Below the pieces are notes generated by a model. That model was not told where the DNA came from, searched no databases, and saw only the letters and a list, made by a program, of their open reading frames with translations. From the NCBI RefSeq assembly GCF_006345805.1, contig NC_043010.1, positions 54,746,001 through 54,810,000 on the forward strand: a stretch of DNA of 64,000 nucleotides. The letters are read 5' to 3'. The position numbers and the translations under genes were made by a program. This DNA is from Octopus sinensis. Its lineage: Eukaryota. Shown here one piece after another: positions 12,581 to 25,613 of the stretch (positions are counted from its first letter, which is position 1; each line of letters starts with the position of its first letter).

Positions 12581-13496
12581 GAGCCTTTAATATTAATACT
12601 AGAGGAGAGCAACATTTGGCGTTATACTGTAAATTTGATAACTGTGAAATGTGTAATGCAATGTAAAATATATCAATCAATTGTAAATACGGAGAGCATC
12701 ACAAACTATCTACTTCAGAACCTAGAAGAAGCCAAGGATAATTACAGAAGATTACAGTAAGAATCTGTGTAAATCTTCCATCATATCCAACGAAATTCTA
12801 TGATTTATAGGATAAGATCAATTCCAATACTAATATTAGTAAAGAAGAAATTCACCTTACAAAACCCTTATTTATTGTTGAATAATAGCATCGTTATTTG
12901 AGCAAAATCTACTTTGGAGATTATAGTGCAATTTCAGAATTCATCTCTGCCCGTTACTATCTGTTGTTTGGGTTCGGGGACGTTGGATGTATATTATATA
13001 TGGCAGATATTCTTGTATTTATTAAACATAATTATATTCTTGAGATTGCAGTTTTTCTTTTTACATCAGGAGAAACGTATTTCATTCCTTTTCGACAGAA
13101 CATAAAATTTGTCGTAAATATCTTTAATTTCTCAACAGGTTCAAATATAAGTTTTTATAATGTTATGTGTTCAACACTTGACGAAACTGAGTTATTGCCA
13201 ATTATGTGCCAGAAATGTCTTATCATAAAAAGCATGAGCACACGATACGTTACAATATTTTTAAGGATTGATCTCCTGTTAATCACTGCTTAGTTTTGAA
13301 GCCAATGTTAACATTTTCTTTTCGTGTTTATCATCTTTAGACAATATTCTTAGCGTTTTTCGAAACAAACCGTGCAGGATTTCAATTGCTAATTACAATG
13401 TGTAACAAAGTAAACAAGCGCGGAAACTTCACAAACGTGAAAGTACAAAAAAGGACAGTGATTCATGTATGGTTAAAATGTACATGTATATATATA

Positions 13497-13897
13497 GCGC
13501 AGGAGTGGCTGTGTGGTAAGTAGCTTGTTTACCAACCGCATTGTTCCGGGTTCAGTCCCACTGCGTGGCACCTTGGGCAAGTGTCTTCTACAATAGCCTC
13601 GGGCCGACCAAAGCCTTGTGAGTGGATGGAAACTGAAAGAAGCCTGTCGTATATATGTATTTATATGTATATGTATGTATGTGTGTGTTTGTGAGTCTGT
13701 GTTTGTCCCCTTAGCATTGCTTGACAACCGATGCTGGTGTGTTTACGTCCCCGTTACTTAGCGGTTCGACAAAAGAGACCGATAGAATAAGTACTGGGCT
13801 TACAAAGAATAAGTCCCGGGGTCGATTTGCTCGACTAAAGGCGGTGCTCCAGCATGGCCTTGTCAAATGACTGAAACAAGTAAAAGATTAAAAGAGT
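13497..13897 (+). mobile_element. SINE-B, full length
   Basis: Close match to 11081-11492. Confidence 0.9.
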
Positions 13898-13946
13898 ATT
13901 ACATTTAAAGAATGAACTACTTGAATGAGGTAAATGTTTAAATGCC

Positions 13947-14499
13947 ATTCGATTAGATCGACCTCAGTACGCAACTGGTACTTAATTTATCGACTCCGAA
14001 AGGATAAAAGGTGAAGTCAAACTCAGCGGAATATGAACTAAGAACGTAAAGACAGACGAAATACTGCTTAGCATTTCGCCAGGCAGGTTAACGTTTCTTA
14101 TTTCGTTTCTACCTATAAGGGGCTAAACACAGAGGGGACAAACAAGGATAGACAAACGGATTAAATCGATTATATCGACTCCAGTGCGTAACTGGTACTT
14201 GTTTAGTCGACCCCGAAAAGATGAAAGGTAAAGTTGACCTCGGCGGAATTTGAACTCAGAACGTAACGGCAGACGAAATACCTATTTCTTAACTACCCAC
14301 AAGGGACAAACAAGGACAGACAAACGGATTAAGTCGATTATATAGACCCCAGTGCGTAACTGGTACTTATCTAATCGACCCCGAAAGGATGAAAGGCAAA
14401 GTCGACCTCGGTGGAATTTGAACTCAGAACGTAACGGCAGACGAAATACTGCTAAGCATTTCGCCCGGCATGCTAACGTTTCTAACAGCTCACCGCCTT
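13947..14499 (-). mobile_element. SINE-C triple tandem or nested array
   Basis: Units 14283-14499, 14099-14282 and 13947-14098 in the same orientation. Confidence 0.9.
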
Positions 14500-15098
14500 C
14501 AAATGTACTTTATATTACATAGGAAACGTCAATGTAAATGATAAACGGTTTTCATTAAATGTGACAAGCACCGATGTCTATTTTAGACATGTTCTATTCA
14601 AATTAAGATGGATTTAAGCCAATCTTGATGCTTTCCTGCATCTGTGGTCTGAATGATTACCGATTTCCGATTTATGGTACAATTAACTACACGGGCAACA
14701 AAATGAATTTTTCTGAATATTCCTTTCTGTCTGTATACAGTGTGCTGCAAGTATTATTCAAAATCTGAGTAGCAGTAAATACCAGTAAATAGTCAAACCC
14801 TTTCCATTGTGCGGTATTCTTTAATTTAGGTCTCCCTTTGTTTCTTCGTTGGGAATGATAAGAAACAAACTTTAATTCTACCATCATTATTCCTGTATGG
14901 AAATGACAGGTGTTGTCGAATAAATGACAAGTGTTGTTAAGCTTCGTATCAGCTCGATGTATCAGGCGTGCCTACTTTGTCTTAAATAATATCAAACCTA
15001 TGTATTATCCAATGTCCCTTAAAATTTTAAACTCTCTTAAAATGTAGGTTACGAATGATTTGGTTACTCTATCAAGAATCTAAGGTACGTATATTTTT

Positions 15099-15396
15099 TA
15101 TGCGCCGTTTTCAAGCCTAGCCACGCTCATGGGTCCGGGTCCGGTTTCCCGGTTTCTGTGGCGTATGTGTTCCTGCCAGCTAGACGGGGCGCCAGTCCAT
15201 CGCAGCGTTACTCAAGAAATGGGAAGAAAGAGTGAGAGAAAGTTGTGGCGAAAGAGTACAACAGGGGTCGCTACCACCTCCTGCCGGAGCCTCGTGGAGC
15301 TGTAGGTATTTTCGCTGAATAAACACACACAATGCTCGGTCTGGGAATCAAAACTGCGAGTCCGCTGCCCTAGCCACAGGGCCATTGCGCATCCAG
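15099..15396 (-). mobile_element. SINE-A3 (A head and body, V-SINE-like tail)
   Basis: Minus tail CTGCGATGGACTGGCGCCCCGTCTAG...AGAAACCGGGAAACCGG...GCGTGGCTAGGCTTGAAAACGGCGCATAA. Confidence 0.85.
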
Positions 15397-15977
15397 TACG
15401 TATATGTTATTAATAATATTAATATTGTTTTCGCTGTTTAGTAGCAGGTGAATGCTGAATGACAAAACCTATTGCCGAAGACGTTCGATTCATGGCCCGC
15501 TTGATTCTTGTATATTCAGGGTTGCATTACGAAAAAGGCACTAACGTTATACCTTCCCGCTTTAATTTTCTCCCGCAAACTTTATTTTTTGTTCTTGACC
15601 CTGAAAGGAAGAAAAAAAATTACATATGCAGGATTTGAACTTAAAACGTACAGAGTCGGAGCAAATATGTGCAACTGAGTCAGAGTGTGTATGTGTGTAC
15701 GTGTGGTATAATTTGAACATCAGTACATTTCCGTGATTAGGCTGACAGAAAAAATCTAAGCTTTAGATGGTCAAGTGCTGCACACTACATCCCCATCGCA
15801 TAAAGTGTTTATGCAGAATATACCGTTAACAACTTCATCCAAAGCATAGATGCAATTGTCTTATCGCGCACGAAACGTATGGGTCTTGAAGGATCACCGT
15901 CACAGGGATACCTATATATGCCATACTTTGTTCAAGAGGTGTAATAAAGTAGCCTGGTGCAGCCATTTGATAAGGAA

Positions 15978-16048
<71 letters not shown>

Positions 16049-16081
16049 CTTTATTTAAAGCAGCAGAAAATTCAACAAAAC

Positions 16082-16119
16082 CTGTTATTCGGATTTTCAT
16101 GTTGCCGTTCATCGGACAG
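16082..16119 (-). ncRNA. Degenerate minimal hammerhead-like motif, core CCGAUGA
   Basis: Minus: CTGT-CCGATGA-ACG GCAA CAT-GAAAA TCCGA AT A-ACAG; lies between (TA)n tracts. Confidence 0.4.
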
Positions 16120-16163
16120 TTTTTGCTATATATATATATAAATAGATAGATATAGATAGACAT

Positions 16164-16237
<74 letters not shown>

Positions 16238-16241
<4 letters not shown>

Positions 16242-16535
16242 AGGTGCAATGGTGCAGTGGTTAGAGCAGCGGACTCGCGGTTTCGATTCCCAGACAGGGT
16301 GTTGTGTGTGTTTATTGAGCGAAAATACCTAAAAAGTTCCACGAGGCTCCGGCAGGGGGTGGTGAAGAACCCTGTTGTACTCTTTCGCCCCAACTTCCTC
16401 TCACTCTTTCTTCCTGTTTCTTGAATGAAGCTGCGATGGACTGGCATCCAGTCCAGCTGGGGGGAGGGCACATATCACCATAGAAACCGGGAAACCAGGC
16501 CCATATGCGTGGCTAGGCTTGAAAAGGGCGCATAA
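16238..16535 (+). mobile_element. SINE-A3, full length, (AAAT)n/(AAT)n tail
   Basis: Inverted homolog of 15099-15396. Confidence 0.9.
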
Positions 16536-16536
16536 A

Positions 16537-16567
<31 letters not shown>

Positions 16568-16651
16568 TAATAAAAATATATTATTCTTTCATATATAATT
16601 CAACTCGTGCGGTACCTTACAACTTCACCTTTGTTATATATGATTATATAT

Positions 16652-16693
<42 letters not shown>

Positions 16694-16699
16694 CAAAGC

Positions 16700-17130
16700 A
16701 ATTAAGATTCAAGTAAATTCCAATGAATTTACTTGAATGTGGTACTTAACTTAGATGCACCAGAACAACTATATGGTGTTAACCATACAGTAATGTGGGG
16801 TGATTATAAACGAGAAAGAAGCAACAAGAATGGATTACTTCTCTTCGAAACTAATAAGTTTTTAAAAAATCTGTGATAAGACTGTGCATCATCATTAAGG
16901 AACTTTGGAAAACTGTTTACAACCTATATCTGCCTCTAATGGAATTATCTCCAATATTTCATGAGTATAACCTAACCCACTAAGATGTCTGGAGAACTCA
17001 TATGTATTTTAGCTGATGATTACGGGACACTTTTATCTGCTGTAATTTTTGCAACTTGTAATAAAGCCTGTCTTTTTATGAAACAATTGTACTAAAAACT
17101 AATCCATTCTTGTTGCTTCTTTCTCGTATA
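16700..17130 (+). mobile_element. Penelope-like terminal fragment with 28-bp inverted repeat and hammerhead
   Basis: ACGAGAAAGAAGCAACAAGAATGGATTA (16810-16837) is perfectly inverted at 17100-17127; (TA)n on both sides. Confidence 0.55.
17007..17097 (+). ncRNA. Type I hammerhead ribozyme motif with long helix II
   Basis: TTTTAG-CTGATGA-60 nt-GAAAC AATT GT A-CTAAAA; 6-bp stem I, palindromic AATT loop, GUA triplet; base of helix II imperfect. Confidence 0.6.
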
Positions 17131-17270
17131 TATATATATTATTTACATGTATGAGCGTGCTTTTCTGTATGTGGTGGGGTCACCTGTTTCCTTCAGCGTG
17201 CGTGCGTGTGTGAGTGTGTGTATATGCCTACACACTCACAGACACTCGTACAAGGAAAAAAAAACATATA

Positions 17271-17679
17271 CTCTTTACTCTTTTACTTGTTTCAATCATT
17301 TGACTGCGGCCATGCTGGGGCACCGCCTTTAATCCAGCGACTCGACCCCAGGACTTATTCTTTGTAAGCCCAGTACTTATTCTATCGGTCTCTTTTTGCC
17401 GAACCGCTAAGTGATGGGGACATAAACACACCAGCATCGGTTGTCAAGCTCTGCTAGGGGGACAAACACAGACACACAAGCATACACGCACATATATATA
17501 TATATATACATACATTCTACGGGCTTCTTTCAGTTTCGTCTACCAAATCCACTCACAAGGCTTCTGTTGACCTGAGGCTATAGTAGAAGACACTTGCCCA
17601 AGGTGCCACGCAGTGGGACTGAACCCGGAACCATGTGGTTGGTAAACAAACTACTTACCACACACCTACTCCTGCGCCT
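17271..17679 (-). mobile_element. SINE-B, full length
   Basis: Reverse complement of the SINE-B consensus. Confidence 0.9.
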
Positions 17680-18094
17680 ATATGTGAACATGTGACAACA
17701 AAACAAATTTCACATTACGTTTCCTTTCATTTCAAGTACCGATTCATTCAACTCAATTTAAAGAAACGTCACTATATACCTTAACTGTTCGAAGCAAAAC
17801 TCTTGATGAAATCTAATAATATATATGCAATATCTGTTATAATCTCTTTTGTAAATGTATTTTAATAAGAGTATTCCGAGTTAATTTTGTGAATAATATT
17901 TCAATTGTATTTCCTTCTTTGTTAAACACTTCGTATATATATATTTATGAAAATAACGATCACCATTTATATTAGTTGAAGAAATTAAATTGCTGTCTTA
18001 TCTATTGAGGATGAAAACGAAATTGATTCTTGTAGACATCTCGGATATTATTTAATTACAAGCAAAATTGCTTCTGGATGCAGAGGAATTGCTA

Positions 18095-18276
18095 TATATA
18101 TTATATATAATATAGTATATATATATATATATATATATATATGCTTATTGCAGACATAAGAGTGATATTTACGAATAAATATCTCACTCTGGTTATCAGT
18201 CTTTTGTCATATATAATGTAGTTGTGTATGTAGTTAAAAGACGCATGTATGAGTTCATATGTATAACATATATACG

Positions 18277-18332
<56 letters not shown>

Positions 18333-18409
18333 ATGTATATATATGATATATATAATATATATATATATAGATATATATATATATGTATATATATTATTAT
18401 GTATATGTA

Positions 18410-18506
<97 letters not shown>

Positions 18507-18511
18507 CATAC

Positions 18512-18572
<61 letters not shown>
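18095..18572. repeat. (TA)n tracts
   Basis: Direct reading. Confidence 0.95.
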
Positions 18573-18578
<6 letters not shown>

Positions 18579-18624
18579 GTATAGAAGACAGAAAGCAGAC
18601 ATACATAGACACACATACATTCAA

Positions 18625-19235
18625 ACTACAAGATCGGCATATCAGGATTGCTAAAACCACAGCAGTACTGTTTCTGCAGTATCTCACTCATGGTTTTGGC
18701 ATTATCTTGGAGTGTACAATTTTCATCGATTAGATGGCCAACGGTGGAGACTGTGATCATGTTTCTTTTAGTAAAATAGAACACTTTGGAGTTGCGTTTG
18801 ATTGTCCCAACAGCCCATTTCTCCTACACTGTTCTTTGGTTATTCAAGATGTTCTTCATGTATTGTTTGAGGTTATATGTTTTTGATTCGAGCAAGCTGA
18901 GAGCCGTCGAATTTATATGTGGCTGCTGGCAGTATTTTAGTTTGTTAACGTTCTTGATTGTTCTTTTTATGTTTCTTATAATCATTTTTTCTGCTTTGGG
19001 GAATTCTGCACTTAGTTTCTTTCACATGTCTTTGTGGGGTGTGTTTCGCATATATATTTGTGAAAGTGTCAACAAAGATTTGGCGATTTACTTTGATGCT
19101 GGAGGGTGTGTGTGCATGTGTGAAAGACCAGTCAACATGAGATAACTCGTTTATGATTGCGTTCCAGTCGGCATCGTCGAAATCCATGGTATCAAATGGA
19201 TGGTGTGGAGGGATATCATTACGCTTAGCTTTCAG
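18625..19235 (-). pseudogene. CR1/L2-like LINE ORF2 relic (linker between endonuclease and RT)
   Basis: MDFDDADWNAIINELSHVDW...IPQSRK, then [60 protein letters not shown] (IKxNPKxFY...LxxQYxSVFS pattern). Confidence 0.7.
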
Positions 19236-19270
19236 CTAGTGGAATCTCAGTCACCGGTAGGTACAACGTT

Positions 19271-19411
19271 ATGGATATACTTTATGTTGGATGTTTAAAT
19301 GAACGCGGCCTGGGAGCAGAATGGAAACATGGTGATTTCCAGAATGACCTCAGGTCGAATAGAATGGACATTATGGTTGCCAGAGAGTCCAAACTGAGTA
19401 GTCGATGGGGC
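19271..19411 (+). pseudogene. N-terminus of an APE endonuclease (L1/Tx1-type ORF2 start)
   Basis: MDILYVGCLNERGLGAEWKHGDFQNDLRSNRMDIMVARESKLSSRWG: LNxRGL motif I and degenerate QETxL motif II. Confidence 0.6.
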
Positions 19412-19589
19412 TTTTTCTCTTTATAAATATATATATATATATATATGCGCAACAAATGTTAAATGCAAAAGGTGATAATCGTGAAAAGCATGGTACGCAT
19501 TTAAATAATATGAATTCTTAAGTTGCAAATATCTATGCGTAAGGGAATTGACACAGATGTATATCTACACGCGCAGTTACACACACACA

Positions 19590-19782
19590 CATATACATAT
19601 ATATATATATATACATATATACATATGCACATATACATATATACAAGCATATATATATATATAAACACTTTCATATGTATATATATATACATACATACAT
19701 ATATATATATAAACGCAAATATACATATTTATTTGCATATATATATATATATATATATACCTATATATATGTACACACATAC

Positions 19783-19836
<54 letters not shown>

Positions 19837-20260
19837 CACTATCTGTATATATATATACATGTTTGTGTGTGTGTGTTCATATACATATTATCGTAAACAT
19901 TGAAAAATTCATATGGTTTCGGAGAAAAGTCTGATAAAGATCCCCAATACACGATTTTAAAAGTTTTCATTTATTCCCCCCCTTTTTTTTAAGATTGTAT
20001 GTTTTAGAAACAATTTCCATGAGATAAGATATGAGTGTTCCCTGTTATTTCCATATTGATAAAAATGATAAAACGGAATCATTTAAATATATTTTGTGCA
20101 TGACATTATATGTACTTTCGCATCTTCTACTCTAATAGATGTAGATATATTATTTCTTATTTGTCCATCATGATACAATATTAAATTACATGTTTTATAT
20201 ATCTTGGACTCTCTCTCTCCCTCTCTCTTTCCCTCTCTCCCGGTATATATATATATATAC

Positions 20261-20315
<55 letters not shown>

Positions 20316-20389
20316 CATATATATACACATATATATATATACATATATATATATATACATATATATATATATTTATATATATATATATA

Positions 20390-20430
<41 letters not shown>

Positions 20431-20590
20431 CATATATATATATATATACATATATATATACACATATATATACATATAGATATATACATATATATCTATA
20501 TATCTATACATATATATATATACATATATATATACATACATATATATATATATACACATATATATATATATATATATAATACATATAGAT
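19590..20590. repeat. (TA)n/(TACA)n/(TG)n tracts
   Basis: Direct reading; interrupted at about 19860-20240. Confidence 0.9.
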
Positions 20591-20830
20591 ATATGTGTTG
20601 TGTGTATGTGTATGTGCTTGCTTGTGTGTGCGTGAGAGCGTGTGTGTAAGTTTATATACTTACATGTGTTTATATATACATATTTGCATTTATGTATACA
20701 TTTAATGATATCCATCTGTTCCATTCAATATTTTATGATTTTTTTATGCACACAACTATCTACAAATAATCTTAGAACCGTTGTTGGATTCGAGGGATTT
20801 CACCTGATATTTGATATCTATCGTCCTCCC

Positions 20831-20880
<50 letters not shown>

Positions 20881-21278
20881 GATTTACCTATTAATTATTT
20901 TACGTTTTAATCTACATGGAGATCGACTACACTATTAGTTATTTTTATATATTTTTTATTATTTCCGAATATGCTATTTTCTTCTTATAAATATCATGTA
21001 TTGAAAGGATTCATGCGAATTTTTCCTCTCAAAGCAGATGCGACGAATATTTTACTACAGAAGATGGTTTAATATTTAAAAAAATGTATATATGTATATA
21101 TATATATACATACATATATATTAAAATTTTATGTATTGATTAAGTCTTTCCTTGTTTGTTTTGCAAAATAGTGGTTTTGTCTCGAATAATATTTTATAAT
21201 ATTTTACTATAAAATCGATTTAATCCTAAATCTGATTTTTTCCCTGTAAATTTGGATTTATTCCCTAATATTTATTAT

Positions 21279-21345
<67 letters not shown>

Positions 21346-21412
21346 ATATATTTGGATACGCTTAATGTTGGATGTTTATATATATGACTCTTTATCCTTG
21401 TATCTAACTACC

Positions 21413-21481
<69 letters not shown>

Positions 21482-21829
21482 TAAATGACAGTTGGCTGCA
21501 TGGACAGATGGGTTGATATTTGTGTGTGTAACATATATATTATATATATGCTTGTCTGTATGTGTGTGTGTCTGTGAGTATGTGTGTATCTGTTCATTAT
21601 CGGTTCGATTTTATAAGCTGATTGCCTTTCATGTCGGTTATGAGAATTTTACGCAGTATTATTTTCTTGGAATATAACTGATAGGTAAATATGCACTTCT
21701 TATTCACATTGCGTTAACGTTGTCTCAACTATCTTTTTATTATCCATCCCTATAATACATGTGTCTGCTTTAGGGTCTGTAGTGATATGGAATTCTCAGC
21801 AAATGATATTGCTTATCAAATTGAATGGG

Positions 21830-22110
21830 AAATGAGTCGGTCTCGTGGTACTCATGGATGACAATCGGTTACCTAAAGTTTTCTTATATAGTTAGTTTTG
21901 CTATGATAACAGTCACAATATTTGTCCGACTGTCTAAAAGCCTGCTTGAAAATCTGCAACTATATCCGATCCCATGAGAATCAGAAGCACTGATAAAGGG
22001 CTCAATGGAGAATCTGTTGCATCTAAGTCATATCCGACTTTGGAGAAGCGATGATCAACACGCTGAAGGAGAGACGACCTCAGCGTAGAGCCAATCTAGC
22101 CCAAATGTCG
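21830..22110 (+). pseudogene. RTE-clade LINE ORF C-terminal relic
   Basis: MDDNRLPKVFLYS...CLKACLKIC...FGE...TLKERR pattern, with stops and frameshifts. Confidence 0.65.
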
Positions 22111-23699
22111 GAGACCATCATTTAGATGTCTGTAACAAGATCTGAAAAACACGGCTAGGTCTGAATTCTCATATGTGACGACATGTCTAAACATTAAACA
22201 CAGAACATTGTGAAGCTGTGTGTAGCTGGATTCTGAATCGTCATGTGTCAGTATTTAGATCTGGTTTACAAGAAAAAGTCATCCGACTGTATATTTTCGC
22301 TCGTAAATTCCAATTTCATTTCGAAGAATCATTCACTAAGTTTGACCGTCGACGGTTATCAATTCTCACACGTCTACAATACTCTATCAAATACACCAAA
22401 TCCCAAATATCATCCAAATCTATGTTAGTTTTCTTTCCGACTTGGCTTTTGAAGGAATCCTCCACATTCGAGTCCCTTTGGAAGATTTCCGCTTTCTAAT
22501 CTGCATCTTTATTTTTCTGGAAGAATTGAGCATATCGACTGCTCTATCAAGTCAGAGCACCCATGTTTTCTTTATGAAGAATCTTCAGCTCGACCAGAAT
22601 TACCATTTTATTTTTCCATTCAAACAATTTATGGTTTCTCTGATAGTGATGGGGGAGGATTCTTTGCTACTCAGTCAAATATGAAGCCATGTCTTCCAGA
22701 CAATTCCAGCTTCGATCGTTCATAGGAACAATTTTGTTTTAGCAGATCTACTATCTTATATAATCTCGATCAAATATACAAGATCCCAAAGATCATGTTT
22801 GTGTGTATATATATACTTTTACTGCTTATTAGTATAGCAACTGTTCAAGGCGGGACTTTCGCAAAACCGATGCATGAGTAATTTATCTGACATTTCTTTT
22901 CCTTATCGTACTTCTGCTATTCCAAAACCCTGATTTGTGCCTAATTTAGCTGTTATTTCTCACCATTATGCCATCAATTTCACCTGCACTTGTTTGCATA
23001 CGATGGTCTGTTATAAACTTAGGGTATAAGAATTTATACTGCTTAATTCAATGTAGTTTGCGAGTTGACTTCAACTGCATTTACATACAACATCTACACA
23101 CATTCTTACGTTGTATACAGTTAAATACCTTTAATATATAATGCATGAACCTGGTTCCTTTGTATCACAGCGAAATGCAGACAGCAAGTGACTAAATAGT
23201 GTGCATTGCTTAGTTACGTCGCATTTCATCGAGTGTTTTGTAGAATCTATCTATTATATTTCTAACATTGACTTATTTAAGTTCCAATTACAAGCAGTTG
23301 TGTGTCTTTGTTTTGTTACAAATATAAAAATGTATATATCTATCTATGAATGTTTAAAAGTCAAATCATCAGTTTTAAATTACTGGCTGAATGGATGTAA
23401 TGCAATATCCGTTCACAGCGCCTCCAGGATCGGTGATTATGACGGAGTAATGAATGTAAGTATCCGGAACCCACATAGAATTGCACCGATATACTACCAT
23501 TTTGCTGGACTGAGACAAACTTACTGTACGGCCATTATTAAAAGCAACAGATTGTGTGTGGCTTTCAGGATTTTATTTTTAGATAGTGAAGTGAACATCC
23601 ATTCTCGGAATTAAAAGTGATATGTAAAATATCCCTAGATTAGGCATAGATCTGTGCATTTTATTTCGATACTAAGATCGTTATATTCTTTCCCATAAC

Positions 23700-24200
23700 A
23701 GTTACGAAAAAACCGGACATTTTGGTTCGGTGTGAAAGAATGAAAGTTGTAAATCTAGTCGAGTTAACGGTTCCTCATGAAGATAACATGGACACCGCTC
23801 GGGATCGAAAGATTAACCGTTATATAAACCTCCTCGAGGAATGTGAAGGCGTAGGCTGGAAAGCGGAACATTTTCCAATCGAAGTTGGATGTAGAGAGTT
23901 TGTTGCACACAGTGTGAGACGACTGTTGTTATCGTTAGGCCTAACTCATCGTAAAATCAATACCACTTTGACAGATATACAAACTACAGTGTAGAAGGTT
24001 AACCACTGGATTTGGTTAAAAAGAGACGATGAGCAATTGATAGAGAACTATTGAGCTTTATTTGATAACCAGTTGATTGAGCAAGCGGGGCCTCATATCA
24101 GTGATGGGGTTAGGGTTAGGCTGGTGCGCAATGATGATGTCGAGAGGTAGGCCCCGAAACAGTGCGCATTCTCTCTTGATGACCCCATACACTTGCTGGC
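23700..24200 (+). mobile_element. 5'-truncated HERO-type non-LTR element: RLE domain plus 3'UTR
   Basis: PDILVRCERMKVVNLVELTVPHEDNMDTARDRKINRYINLLEECEGVGWKAEHFPIEVGCREF...TV*KVNHWIWLKRDDE: PD..(E)xT catalytic motif and WIWLKR end. Confidence 0.85.
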
Positions 24201-25613
24201 TTCCAGTATACGAAGCTCTCGACTAGTAGCACTTGCATGTGCAAGTTATATGCAAGACAACAGTGGTATAAGGGTTCATGTCATATATACTCTCAATATA
24301 TATTTCGAATTCGGTGTAATGTTTCATTTGAAAGTTATGTATTCAAGATATATCATTTCCCTTCAGACAATATGTTTATTAATTACGCTTTCAATAGGTA
24401 CCTAATATACACTATTTTCATTTGTCTATGTGTCAATTATACACGCTTAAACTAATCACAGTCTCATACTGGAAACAGTTTTATTGAGCTATTTTGAACA
24501 TATTTTATTTTTCTAATAACACATCGAAGATAATTATTCCAAGAGCGTTATTCAAATAACAACTATATTTATTTGATATTTTTGGCTTTATTTATGTTTT
24601 TTGGCGTGTTGTCTGATCAGATATAGTCAAAGTTATTTAAATGTTCAAGTACATAATACAATATCGGTAATATTCGTTCGCTTTTGAGCAAAGAGTCACT
24701 TTACTGAACTATAAAGACAAAAATGAAAATAAAACTTCAAAAGCGAAGATCATATTATTATTAATAACAGTTATGTTCGCATTGAAAAAAAAACACTAAT
24801 GTATATGAATTGAGTTAATTATCGAAAATATTCGAATATCTCAAACAGTAGACGCTAATATAAAATTGAAGGAAATGATAAAGCACCGGAGACTATGCAC
24901 TGAGATTTTTAGTTGCGAACGTTGACTTTCAGAGATCAAATCCTCTCGGAGCTGACGTTAATTGTCATAATTCCATGGTAGATTAAACATTTTTTTTTTT
25001 GAGGTATTTATATCTTTCTACAATCGATGAGAGAGCTATCTTCTAGAAAATGTTTCAGTTACCCTAATTATAAAATTGATATCATTATAATTAATTTCAT
25101 TGCCATGCCGTATTGTATATGACAACGGAATTCTCTCTCAGAATGTTTGTGAATCTGATTCGAGCAAAATTCCAATCGAATATTCTCTTTATAAGTTTAC
25201 CAGCAGCTAAGCCCGGCTTCATCCGGTCAGTTTGGATGATGTGGCTGTGATCGTTTTCGGTTAGGCATAATCTATAACAGCGTTTGTCAACCTTATCATT
25301 CCGGGTCCCATGATTCGATTAGAACCCCCAGATATATGAAAATTTGCTGACCCCCCTCCCTCCGTCAGAAAACAGCTCCTAAGCAACTGGTTGTTTTAAT
25401 GGCAAAAGAAAAGGAAATTCCATGAGAAAAAGTTTTAATCGATTTTCTCGGTACGTATGGGACTTAGGAAGAAATACAAACTGCATTCCAATCTATGCAC
25501 CTGTCGCCTCATGTGCGACATTTTTCATGCAAATCCACCCAGCCGTTTTGCTGTGAACCCCAAGACAAAAAAGAATAGAACGATCGCCCATGTCCAATTT
25601 ATATTATAGATAA

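Noticed and set aside
12600-13400. hAT or other transposase relic (CTVCFEK on the minus strand)
   Set aside because: Single short Cys motif with many stops; not supportable by eye.
24121-24190. Hammerhead in the HERO 3'UTR (TGATGA and GAAAC present)
   Set aside because: The required helices I-III cannot be formed around the core in any topology I tried.
25207-25612. Helitron/Helentron-type non-autonomous element (also 10896, 31680-31860, 32480-32700)
   Set aside because: Only weak resemblance of termini (CCCGG..TT..CCGG, ...TATTATAGAT); I could not define both ends.
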